Assembly: GCA_963847705.1 (NCBI GenBank) | Contig: CAWKBC010000016.1 | Coordinates: 1 to 42,139, forward strand | Reading direction: 5' to 3' | Source: an uncultured Pseudomonadota bacterium | GTDB lineage: Bacteria > Myxococcota_A > Polyangia > Fen-1088 | DNA length: 42,139 nt | Shown: in pieces, positions 27,708 to 35,889 of the stretch | How the letters are laid out: each line of letters opens with the position of its first letter | Numbering within the stretch: the first letter of the stretch is position 1 | Made by a program: the position numbers and the translations under genes | The notes under the pieces: generated by a model | The model's database searches: none | What the model was told of the DNA's origin: nothing | What the model saw: the letters and a program-made list of their open reading frames with translations, nothing else

Positions 27708-28778
27708 TTACGAGCAGACGGCGTCGACGCAGGACATCCCGCTGCCGCACTGCGCGTCGAGCTGGCACTTCGGCGCCGCTTCGCCCGGCGTCTCGCAGTA
27801 TCCGCCCGGGCCGCAGACGATCGCGGTCGTGCAGGTGCAGCAGTCGGCGCTCGTGGTGCAGCTCGCCCGGCAGAACCCGTCCACGCAAGTCTGACCGGAG
27901 CTGCAGTTGGCGTTCGACAGACAGCTCGGGTGCGGGCGGACATCCGGCGAGCAGACCCCTGCCGAGCACATGTCGTGCGGGCCGCAGTCGGAGTCGTAGA
28001 CACAGGCGCCGTGACAGAAGCCGTTCACGCAGGTGTCACCTGCCGCCGGACAAGAGACGTTGAAGACGCACTGGCTGCCCCCGGTCGTGCTCGGCTGACA
28101 GACGCCCGCGGTGCAGACATCGCCCGTTCCGCAATCTGCGGCCGAGCTGCAGGCTGGCTGGCAGAGACCGTTGGCGCAGCGCCCGCCCACGCCGCACTCG
28201 CTGCTGAAGTGGCAGAGCGGCGCCGCGGTCGGCAATGGCTGGCAGCTCCCCGACACGCAGCAGAGGCCCGAGCCGCAATCGCTCGTGGCTTCGCACACGC
28301 TCGTGGTGCCGCCCGTGCCCGCCGTTCCGCCACTGCCGCTGCCGCTGCCGCTGCTGCCCGCGCGACCGCTGGCGCCGCCCAGGTTGAGGGATCCGCCGGT
28401 GTTGCCGGTTCCGCCACCGCTGCCGCCGCCAGTCCCGATCACGCCGCCGGTTCCGGGAGCGCCCCCAGTCGCCTGGACCTCACCGCCTGTGCCTGAGCTT
28501 GGCGCGCCGCCCGCGCCCGCGTAGCCGTGGCCGGCATGCCCGCCGGCTCCGCCCGTGCTGCCGCTGTGGCCGCCGGTGGTCGTCGGCGGGAGAACGCACT
28601 TGCCGTACTCCTCATCGCAGATCGCGCCCTTGGGACAGTCGGCGTCGCAATAACAGTAGGTGTACGAAGAGCCACCCCCGCTGTTGTCACTGGGATCCGT
28701 CATCGGGATGCAGCCCGCGCTTCCGAGAGCGCTGATCGAAATCACGGAGAGACCGACGAGAAAGTGAAGGCGTGTCAT
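27708..28778 (-). CDS. Cys-rich repeat lipoprotein (CxxxxxC..G..C..G.C units) with Gly-rich linker
   Basis: ATG 28778 after AAGGAG; SAGC lipobox; about nine Cys-rich repeats. Confidence 0.88.
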   Translation of the reverse strand: MTRLHFLVGLSVISISALGSAGCIPMTDPSDNSGGGSSYTYCYCDADCPKGAICDEEYGKCVLPPTTTGGHSGSTGGAGGHAGHGYAGAGGAPSSGTGGEVQATGGAPGTGGVIGTGGGSGGGTGNTGGSLNLGGASGRAGSSGSGSGSGGTAGTGGTTSVCEATSDCGSGLCCVSGSCQPLPTAAPLCHFSSECGVGGRCANGLCQPACSSAADCGTGDVCTAGVCQPSTTGGSQCVFNVSCPAAGDTCVNGFCHGACVYDSDCGPHDMCSAGVCSPDVRPHPSCLSNANCSSGQTCVDGFCRASCTTSADCCTCTTAIVCGPGGYCETPGEAAPKCQLDAQCGSGMSCVDAVCS

Positions 28779-28806
28779 GAGGTGCTCCTTTTGCCGAGCG
28801 GCACAT

Positions 28807-28823
28807 CGCAAGCGACGGGCCAC
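28807..28823 (-). promoter_or_regulatory. Sigma54 (-24/-12) promoter for the Cys-rich lipoprotein
   Basis: GTGGCCCGTCGCTTGCG with exact GG-N10-GC spacing, about 28 bp before the ATG. Confidence 0.6.
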
Positions 28824-29405
28824 ATGGTTCCGCCGCCCGCCGATCTCAAAACGATCTAAGTAGTGCCGCGATCGCGGACGGCAATGCGGGAACAACTCAA
28901 AGCGCCCGGTGATCGACGCCACGACAAAAACGCCGATGCGTGCCGGCCATTCACGCCGGATGCTGTGACGCTCACGCGCAATCCAGATCACGGGAACACG
29001 CTGCGTTCGCGTGATGGCGTTCACGGAGCTCAACGGCCCCGACGAGTCGGCGGTCGATTCCACCAATCGGGTTTCCGACTCTCGACGACGACGTCCATGA
29101 GACGCAGACGATGACGCCCGCCACCACCACCGGACGCGCCTGGAGCTCAACCAGCCGTTCTTCATCATCTCGAATTTGACGGTGGGAGGGAACGTCCCGG
29201 GAGCGCCCAGCTCGAGCACGACGTTCCCGCGGACGATGAGGTCGACTGGGTGCGGTCGACCAGCCGACCGACGCCGGCTGAGCCGGTCCTGCTGAGCTGA
29301 GGCGGCCCCTCCACGGCTGTCCCCGGTCACTACATTTGATCGGGTAGGGATCGCTGAGGTTCGTCCGCGGGTGGTCGAGCCCTCCGACCCCGGGGAGGGT
29401 TCCCT

Positions 29406-29738
29406 ATGACCACACGCATCTTCAACGCGCTCATCGGCGTCTGGCTGTTCGCCACGGCTTTCATGTGGCCTCACGCGCACCTCGCCAAGGAGGTGACCAT
29501 CGTGGCGGCGGTCCTGACCTTCGCGCTGTCCATCATGTCGATGTCGATACGCGGCGCGCGCCACCTGAATGCGGTCGTGGCGGTGTTTCTGTTCTTGTCG
29601 GCGCTCACGCTCCCCGCGTTGAGCCGGGCCACCACCTGGAACAACGCCATCTGCGCGATCGCGATCCTGGTCGCCGCGCTGGTCGACAACGGTCCCGAGG
29701 GGATCCGCCGCGAACGCGAGCTCTACGGGCGCATCTGA
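29406..29738 (+). CDS. Small four-TM membrane protein (SPW-repeat-like)
   Basis: NALIGVWLFATAF and NAVVAVFLFLSAL internal repeat; GGAGGG RBS. Confidence 0.8.
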   Translation: MTTRIFNALIGVWLFATAFMWPHAHLAKEVTIVAAVLTFALSIMSMSIRGARHLNAVVAVFLFLSALTLPALSRATTWNNAICAIAILVAALVDNGPEGIRRERELYGRI

Positions 29739-31321
29739 TCGTCCTTCAACCAGCCTTCGTTCTGCAGGTAACGCCGGAGATCGACGTCGTCCCGAGACAG
29801 CGGCGGAAGCCAGGGGCCGAGGCGCGTGCGCTGCCACCAGGCTCTGCCGCCGAGCGGCGCAAAGCTATAGCGGTAGAGATCGACGCGGACGTAACGGGGC
29901 GGAGCGCCGTGAAAGGGATCGTCGGCCAGGAGGCCGAGCGCGGCCGGGTCGGCCACCAGCAGCTCCCAGACGAGGTGCAACGCCCAGGGGTAGTCGCGCG
30001 GGCTCCCCATGGCCGCGAACCAGAGGAGCCAGTCGAGCCTGTAGTGGTAAGGGCTCATCCAGCAGGGGCGGCGGGCCGGATCGCCCGGCTGGCACTTGAA
30101 CGCATAAGGAAGCCACGTGGTCTCGGGCGTGAGCGTCGCAGCGCTGGTGCCTTCGAACACCAGCTGCCCGCGCTGGCGGCCGACGCTGCCAAACGCGCCG
30201 TAGCTGTTGACGATCGGCAGCCGCGTGAATGCGCTGTTCATCAACTGCGAACCGGACAGCATGTTGAGAACTGGCGCCACGCTGAGCGCCGCGATCCCGA
30301 CGGTGACGACCGCGACGCTCAGCCCCTGAGCGCGCGACGTGACGGCAACCGATGATGCCGCCTCCGCGCGCGCCGTCAGCCCTGACGGAAGGAGCCGCCG
30401 CCAGAGCCCGTCGTCGAAGCAGGCCAGGATGCAAACCAGCGTCAGCCAGTTGAGAAACGCCAGATTGCCGCTGGCGATGAGGATGATCTGCAGCGCCAGC
30501 ATCAGCGCGCCGCCGGCCTGACGCAGGCGACGGCGACCCAGGATCAGAAACGGCGCGCCCAGCTCGACGACGTGGTTGAAGACGACGCCGACGGCGTGCG
30601 CCCAGTGCGGCAGCGCGTGAAAGTACGGCGTCAGCGGCCCCGGCACCGGCTGGGTCTCGAAATGAAAGTCGAGGCAGCTGAGATCGCGCCAGCAGGCGTC
30701 GCCGCGCAGCTTGATGAGCCCGGCGCCCCACATGATCCGCATGGCCAGCCAGCGCAGAAGCCAGATCACCGCGCGCGGCGGCGGCCGGCGCGGAAAGGGC
30801 CGAAGCTCCAGCAGCGGACAGAGAAAGATGCAGAGGAACCCGGTCTCGACCAGCTGCAGCTCCCAGCCGAAGCCGTAGAACGCCTGCCCGACGTTGCAGA
30901 TCGAGATCTGCAGCGCACAGAGGAACGTGAGAACGATGGCGTTGGTGTATCCGGCCAGCATCGCCAACGAGAGCGCAGCGCCGATCCAACCGGCGGCACG
31001 CAACGCGCCGTCGCTCGCCCCGAGCCAGAACAGCGACGGCAACTCCCAGAATCCCGACGCGCGCGACCCGGCCTCCGCCGCGACGTCGGCGAGATAGCGG
31101 TCGATCGGCAGGAGCCCCCGTGGCCCCAGCAGCGCCGGGCCCTGCCAGGCCAGGGTCAAGAACGCCATCAGATAGACCAACCCCAGGAGCCGCAGAATCA
31201 CGAACCGCCCCAGCCAATTCCCGTTTGGGCTCGCGTCGTTGCGCCCGAACCACACAGAGACGGCGGTCAACTGATTGGGGAGCCTCGACACCGGAGGATT
31301 GTAACGATTCTTTGCGCTCAC
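29723..31321 (-). CDS. Lipase maturation factor (LMF) family protein
   Basis: GQAFYGFGWELQLVETGF, AGLIKLRGD.CWRDL, HFETQPVP, SGNLAFLNWLT, NSYGAFG, SPYHYRLDW..WFAAM. Confidence 0.93.
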   Translation of the reverse strand: MSAKNRYNPPVSRLPNQLTAVSVWFGRNDASPNGNWLGRFVILRLLGLVYLMAFLTLAWQGPALLGPRGLLPIDRYLADVAAEAGSRASGFWELPSLFWLGASDGALRAAGWIGAALSLAMLAGYTNAIVLTFLCALQISICNVGQAFYGFGWELQLVETGFLCIFLCPLLELRPFPRRPPPRAVIWLLRWLAMRIMWGAGLIKLRGDACWRDLSCLDFHFETQPVPGPLTPYFHALPHWAHAVGVVFNHVVELGAPFLILGRRRLRQAGGALMLALQIILIASGNLAFLNWLTLVCILACFDDGLWRRLLPSGLTARAEAASSVAVTSRAQGLSVAVVTVGIAALSVAPVLNMLSGSQLMNSAFTRLPIVNSYGAFGSVGRQRGQLVFEGTSAATLTPETTWLPYAFKCQPGDPARRPCWMSPYHYRLDWLLWFAAMGSPRDYPWALHLVWELLVADPAALGLLADDPFHGAPPRYVRVDLYRYSFAPLGGRAWWQRTRLGPWLPPLSRDDVDLRRYLQNEGWLKDDQMRP

Positions 31322-31365
31322 AATCCGGCGCTGCGCGTCCGTTCGGACATGTTATGGTCGCGCCC

Positions 31366-31902
31366 ATGCTCGACCACATCAGCCTCCGCGTACAGGATCA
31401 CTCGCGAGCCGTGGCCTTCTATCGGGCTGCGCTCGCGCCCCTCGGCTACCGCGTCCTGATGGAGTTCCAGGGTGCCGCCGGCCTCGGCGCCGGCATGCCG
31501 GACTTCTGGCTCATGGCCACGGAGCAGCCGCTCAACCCGACGCACCTCGCCTTCTCCGCCGACCGCGCCACGGTCGACGCCTTCCACACGGCGGCGCTGG
31601 CCGCCGGCGGCACCGACAACGGCCCGCCCGGCCTGCGCGCCGACTACCACCCTCATTACTATGCCGCCTTCGTGCGCGACCCCGAGGGGAACAACGTCGA
31701 GGTCGTCTGCCACGCCGATCCCGACGCCAAGCCGGCTCCGGTCAAGACGGCGGCTCGCAAGAGCGCGCGCAAGGTGGTCAAGGCGAGCTCGAAGGCCAAG
31801 CCGAAACCGAAGGCCAAGGCCGCCCCGAAGGCCAAAGCTGCCCCGAAGGCCAAAGCGAAACCGAAGGCCAAGAAGAAGCCAGTCGCCAAGAAGCGCCGCT
31901 GA
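31366..31902 (+). CDS. VOC/glyoxalase family protein with Lys/Ala/Pro-rich tail
   Basis: LDHISLRV, HLAF, GGTDNGPPGLR..YH..YYAAFVRDPEGNNVEVV; KAKAAP repeats. Confidence 0.92.
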   Translation: MLDHISLRVQDHSRAVAFYRAALAPLGYRVLMEFQGAAGLGAGMPDFWLMATEQPLNPTHLAFSADRATVDAFHTAALAAGGTDNGPPGLRADYHPHYYAAFVRDPEGNNVEVVCHADPDAKPAPVKTAARKSARKVVKASSKAKPKPKAKAAPKAKAAPKAKAKPKAKKKPVAKKRR

Positions 31903-32077
31903 GGCAACCGAAAACTCCCGAGCCATTTGCTGGCCACCAGGGCCCCAGCCGCCAAGAAACGCCGCTGAGACAACCGAAAACTCCCGAGCCATTTCCTGCC
32001 CACCAGGGCCCCAGCCGCCAAGAAGCGCCGCTGAGGCAACCGAAAACTCCCGAGCCATTTGCTGGCCACCAGGGCCC
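31884..32077. repeat. Three 66-bp tandem copies spanning the VOC gene stop codon
   Basis: gccaagaagcgccgctgaggcaaccgaaaactcccgagccattt... starts at 31885, 31951 and 32017. Confidence 0.92.
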
Positions 32078-32109
32078 AGGCGTCGCGGTCGCGACGCCCG
32101 GCCGGCGCC

Positions 32110-32982
32110 TCACTGCAGCTGGCGCAGCGCCGTCACCTCTTGATCGAAGTAGCTCGGCAGCGCGCCCCACGGGTTGGGCGCCGTCCCGTCGGTGGTGAAC
32201 ACCCAACCCGCGCCGAGGCTGATGGCCCTCGACAGCACCTGGCTGGCGTCGGCGTCGGGGACCTCGCTGACGAAGTGACAGAACCGCTCGGGCGAGTTGG
32301 CCGGCATCCACGACGGCGATGAGTAGCTCTGGTACATCGAATAGGTCTCGGCGAATTCGACCATCAGATCGGAGAAGGTGATGAACGTCGGGCAAAAGCG
32401 AGTGCCGATCGCCAGGTAGGCCTTCGGGTCGTGCGACTGCGCCAGCGCGGTGAGCCGCTCGTACTCCGCCTGCAGCGTGTCGCAGGTGTCGGCCGTCGGC
32501 CCCTCTGCGAAATAGATCCCCGACGGTGAATAGAGCGAGTAGTACCCGTTGACGTCGGCGTCGATGTCCCCCTCCGCCCGCGCGCCATACTGGGTCGACA
32601 CGTAGCCGAGCACCTTGATGCCGGCGGCCTGTGCCTGGGCGATCGCCGCCGCGTATCCCGGCTTGGTCGCCGTCCCCGGGCCGTTGTCCGGATTGAAGAT
32701 GATCATCCCGACCGTGGGAGCGTCCGCGATGATCCGCTGCCACTGCTCGTCGGGATCCCAGTAAGCGGGGACCACGATGCGCACCGTCCCGGGCGAAACG
32801 ACGCCCGCGTCGAGGACGATCGCCGGTCCGTCGGTCGGGCCGCCGGTACCCCCTGTCGCGCCCGGGCTCCCGCCACTGCCCCCCCCGTCGCTGTGCGATC
32901 CCTCGCCCCCGTTCACGTTGCAGGCGGCGAACACCAGGCACAACAGCGCCGCGCCCCACCCTCTCGGCCCGAATTCCCCCAT
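32110..32982 (-). CDS. Spherulation-specific family 4 (GH135-like) lipoprotein
   Basis: FAAC lipobox; VVPAYW, IIFNPDNGPG, KVLGYVSTQYG, SGIYFAE, NPWGALPSYF. Confidence 0.85.
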   Translation of the reverse strand: MGEFGPRGWGAALLCLVFAACNVNGGEGSHSDGGGSGGSPGATGGTGGPTDGPAIVLDAGVVSPGTVRIVVPAYWDPDEQWQRIIADAPTVGMIIFNPDNGPGTATKPGYAAAIAQAQAAGIKVLGYVSTQYGARAEGDIDADVNGYYSLYSPSGIYFAEGPTADTCDTLQAEYERLTALAQSHDPKAYLAIGTRFCPTFITFSDLMVEFAETYSMYQSYSSPSWMPANSPERFCHFVSEVPDADASQVLSRAISLGAGWVFTTDGTAPNPWGALPSYFDQEVTALRQLQ

Positions 32983-33091
32983 CCGCACGGAACCTCCTGG
33001 TCCACAAGAGGTAAGCATCCGCGGCGCCATCGTCCAGATCACGCCCGGCACGCAACCCGAACGGACGGCGACCGAAGACGTGACCCGAGTC

Positions 33092-34894
33092 ATGCGCGAG
33101 AACGCCGACCAGGAACCCGACACCGAAACGATGGGCCCGTCGGCCGGCCCCGAATCGCGCGGGAGCCCATCGCGGGAGGGTGTGGGGACCCTCCCAGGGT
33201 CCCCACGAAAGATCGCGCGGGCGGAGCTCGGCTCCGCCGAGCGGAGCCCCTCGCGGGAGGGTGTGGGAACCCTCCCAGGGTCCCCACGAAAGATCGCGCT
33301 GGCGGAGCTCGGCTCCGCCGAGCGGAGCCCCTCGCGGGAGGGTGTGGGAACCCTCCCAGGGTCCCCACGAAAGATTGCGCGGGCGGAGCTCGGCTCCGCC
33401 GAGCGGAGCCCCTCGCGGGAGGGTGTGGGGACCCTCCCAGGGTCCCCACGAAAGATCGACCGGTACGAGCTGTGCGAGATGATCGGGTGCGGCGGGATGG
33501 GCGCGGTCTATCGCGCGATCGACACCAAGCTCGGGCGCACGGTCGCGCTCAAGACGACCGCGGCGAAGCGCAACGGCGCGCGGCTGACCGACCGGGTGCG
33601 CCAGCGCTTTCTGCGCGAGGCGATGGCGCTGTCGAAGGTCGAGCACCGCAACGTCGTCCAGGTCCTCGACTTCGGGTTCGCCGACGACGGGACGCCGTTC
33701 TTGGTCATGGAGCACCTGCGTGGACGGGACCTCGGCGCGCTGCTCGCCGGGTCCGAAACACCGCTTCCCGTCACCGACGTCGTCGACATCATGCTGGCCG
33801 TCTGCGCCGCGCTCCGGGCCTGCCACCGGGCCGGAATCATTCATCGAGACCTCAAACCGGGGAACATCTTCCTCGCGGAGACCGAGACCGGCCGGGAGGT
33901 GAAGGTCCTCGACTTCGGCGTTTCGAAGGCGCCGACGGCCGACGATCTCACGCGCGAGGGACAGATCCTGGGGACGCCGCAGTATCTCGCGCCGGAGCAG
34001 ATCGACGGCAAGGTTGGACCGGCGAGCGATCAGTATGCCCTCGGCGTGGTGCTCTATGTCTGTCTCACGCTGAGGCTCCCGTACGAGGACCACCAGAATC
34101 GCCAGCTCCTGCGGGCGATCGAAACCGGGACGTTCGAGTCACCGCGCACTTTCAGGTCCGACCTGCCGGACGCCCTGGAAGCGATCGTCCTTCGGGCGAT
34201 GCACGTCTCGCCCTCGGAGCGCTTTGAATCGGTTTATGCGCTGGGGCAGCGCCTCTGGGAGCTCGCCAGCCCACGGAGCCAAGAAGAATGGCGGAGCTAC
34301 TACCTTCCACGATCGCGAGGCGGGCGGGGAACAGGGGCGATGGTGGTCGCCAGAACGCAAATCCTCGAGGACTCCGCCGCCACCGACCCCGAGCAGGACG
34401 GCGAGGCGCTGTTCGGTCTGCCCACCAAGGCCGCTCCACCGAGCGCGCCCGTCGACGTCGATCTGTCGCCCCTCGAAGAACGATCGGCGCAGGAGGAGCG
34501 CCCGTTGGAGGGGCGGTCGTTGGAGGCTCTGCTCTCGCCGGGATCGCGCCGCCAGATGATTGCGGCGGCCATCGCGCTGCTGGCTCTCGGTGGGGTGTTC
34601 GCGGCGCGGTTACGCGCCTCGCACCGAAGAGCACCCTTCGCGCAGAGCGCGCCGGTGGTGGCACGGACCGCACCGCCCGCTGTCAGGGCTCTCTCTCCGG
34701 TCACGCCCCTGCCGCCGCGGCGGCCTGAACCCATCGCGGCGCCGGCCGTCTTGGAAGAATCGAAGAGCGCTCCCGCGCCGTCGCGGGGCCTGCCGCCGGC
34801 CCAACCTCCCCGGGCACGTCGCCGAGACCGCGCACCGATCAAACGCCCTCTCCCGAACATCGACCAGGCCGGCATCGGCATCCCCACTGAATGA
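33092..34894 (+). CDS. Membrane Ser/Thr protein kinase with N-terminal 27-aa repeats
   Basis: IGCGGMGAVY, VALK, HRDLKPGN, DFG, GTPQYLAPE and a TM helix. Start is 33092 or 33131. Confidence 0.92.
   Translation: MRENADQEPDTETMGPSAGPESRGSPSREGVGTLPGSPRKIARAELGSAERSPSREGVGTLPGSPRKIALAELGSAERSPSREGVGTLPGSPRKIARAELGSAERSPSREGVGTLPGSPRKIDRYELCEMIGCGGMGAVYRAIDTKLGRTVALKTTAAKRNGARLTDRVRQRFLREAMALSKVEHRNVVQVLDFGFADDGTPFLVMEHLRGRDLGALLAGSETPLPVTDVVDIMLAVCAALRACHRAGIIHRDLKPGNIFLAETETGREVKVLDFGVSKAPTADDLTREGQILGTPQYLAPEQIDGKVGPASDQYALGVVLYVCLTLRLPYEDHQNRQLLRAIETGTFESPRTFRSDLPDALEAIVLRAMHVSPSERFESVYALGQRLWELASPRSQEEWRSYYLPRSRGGRGTGAMVVARTQILEDSAATDPEQDGEALFGLPTKAAPPSAPVDVDLSPLEERSAQEERPLEGRSLEALLSPGSRRQMIAAAIALLALGGVFAARLRASHRRAPFAQSAPVVARTAPPAVRALSPVTPLPPRRPEPIAAPAVLEESKSAPAPSRGLPPAQPPRARRRDRAPIKRPLPNIDQAGIGIPTE
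33162..33458 (+). repeat. About 3.7 x 81-bp in-frame tandem repeat made of palindromic units
   Basis: Units start at 33162, 33243, 33324 and 33405. They contain GTGGGGACCCT-ccc-AGGGTCCCCAC and GGCGGAGC-tcg-GCTCCGCC hairpins. Confidence 0.95.
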
Positions 34895-34904
34895 AGGTGA
34901 ATCG

Positions 34905-35804
34905 ATGAACACTCTCCGTGCTGCCGCCGTCGCCTTGATCGTTGTCGCCCACTTCAAGCCGGCCTTCGCTCGCGCCGACGACACCGACCCCGACGTCCTC
35001 ATCATGCGTGGCCTCGACTTGCGCCGTGCCGGCAGGTCGGCCGACGCGCTGGCGCTCTTCCGGCGCGCCTACGAGGTGGCCCCCTCACCGCGCACGCTCG
35101 GGCAGATGGGGCTGGTCGAATCGTCGCTGCAACATTGGGCCGACGCCGAGGCGCACCTGGTCGCGGCGCTGGCGACGCCAGACGACGCCTGGGTTCATCG
35201 AAACCGCCAGTTTCTCGATCAGGCGCGGGAGCGCACCAAGGAGCACATGGGCGAGTTGGTGATCACCGGCCCGCCGGGAACCAAGGTCAGCCTGGGCGAA
35301 AAACCGATCGGCGCGCTCCCACTGGCAACCCCGGTGCGCCTGGTTGAAGGAGAGATCGCGATCAACGCCACCTCCGCCGGTTACAAGCCGTTCTCCCTCG
35401 ACCTCTCGATCAAGGGCGGCGCCCGCGCGGCCGTCTCGATCGTGCTCGAACGAATCGATCTGGCTGCCCGCGGTTCAGAGGTTCAGGACCTCGTGTCGCC
35501 CTCTCCACCGGCCACACACCGAAGACTCTGGGCGGGGACGACCCTGGCAGTCGCAGGAGCCGGGGCGCTCACCTGGGGAATCGCCTGGCTCGTGCTGGAC
35601 GGGCGCCGCGACTGCGGTGCAGGCCAACCCGGCGCCTGCCCGACGACCTACGACACCAGAACGGCAGGGACGCTGCTCGCCGTGGGCGGGGGAGCATTGG
35701 CCCTGGCGGGCGGCGCCCTGCTCTATTCGGGCCTTCGTCCGGGACCTTTGAACGTAACGTTGGGGATGACGACGCACTCGTTGCGATTCGAAGCGCGGTT
35801 CTGA
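34905..35804 (+). CDS. Secreted TPR + PEGA domain protein
   Basis: Signal peptide, ALALFRRAYEVAPSPRTLGQMGLVE, PEGA-like GPPGTKVSLG..IGALP, hydrophobic C-terminus ending EARF. Confidence 0.85.
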   Translation: MNTLRAAAVALIVVAHFKPAFARADDTDPDVLIMRGLDLRRAGRSADALALFRRAYEVAPSPRTLGQMGLVESSLQHWADAEAHLVAALATPDDAWVHRNRQFLDQARERTKEHMGELVITGPPGTKVSLGEKPIGALPLATPVRLVEGEIAINATSAGYKPFSLDLSIKGGARAAVSIVLERIDLAARGSEVQDLVSPSPPATHRRLWAGTTLAVAGAGALTWGIAWLVLDGRRDCGAGQPGACPTTYDTRTAGTLLAVGGGALALAGGALLYSGLRPGPLNVTLGMTTHSLRFEARF

Positions 35805-35889
35805 ATCGTTCCGGCATCGGACCGGGACGAGCGCGTGCGAATCAGGGTTGGCGGCCGGCCGCAAAATACGGAATATTGGCCCGACCGCA

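Noticed and set aside
28779-29837. N-terminal 353 aa of the 709-aa ORF
   Set aside because: The true start is 28778 (RBS, signal peptide, sigma54 motif). The extension overlaps the 29406-29738 gene; 28960-29250 may be a decayed fragment but is unidentifiable.
31884-33458. 66-bp and 81-bp arrays as CRISPR arrays
   Set aside because: The units are contiguous tandem copies with no unique spacers, and there are no cas genes in the window.
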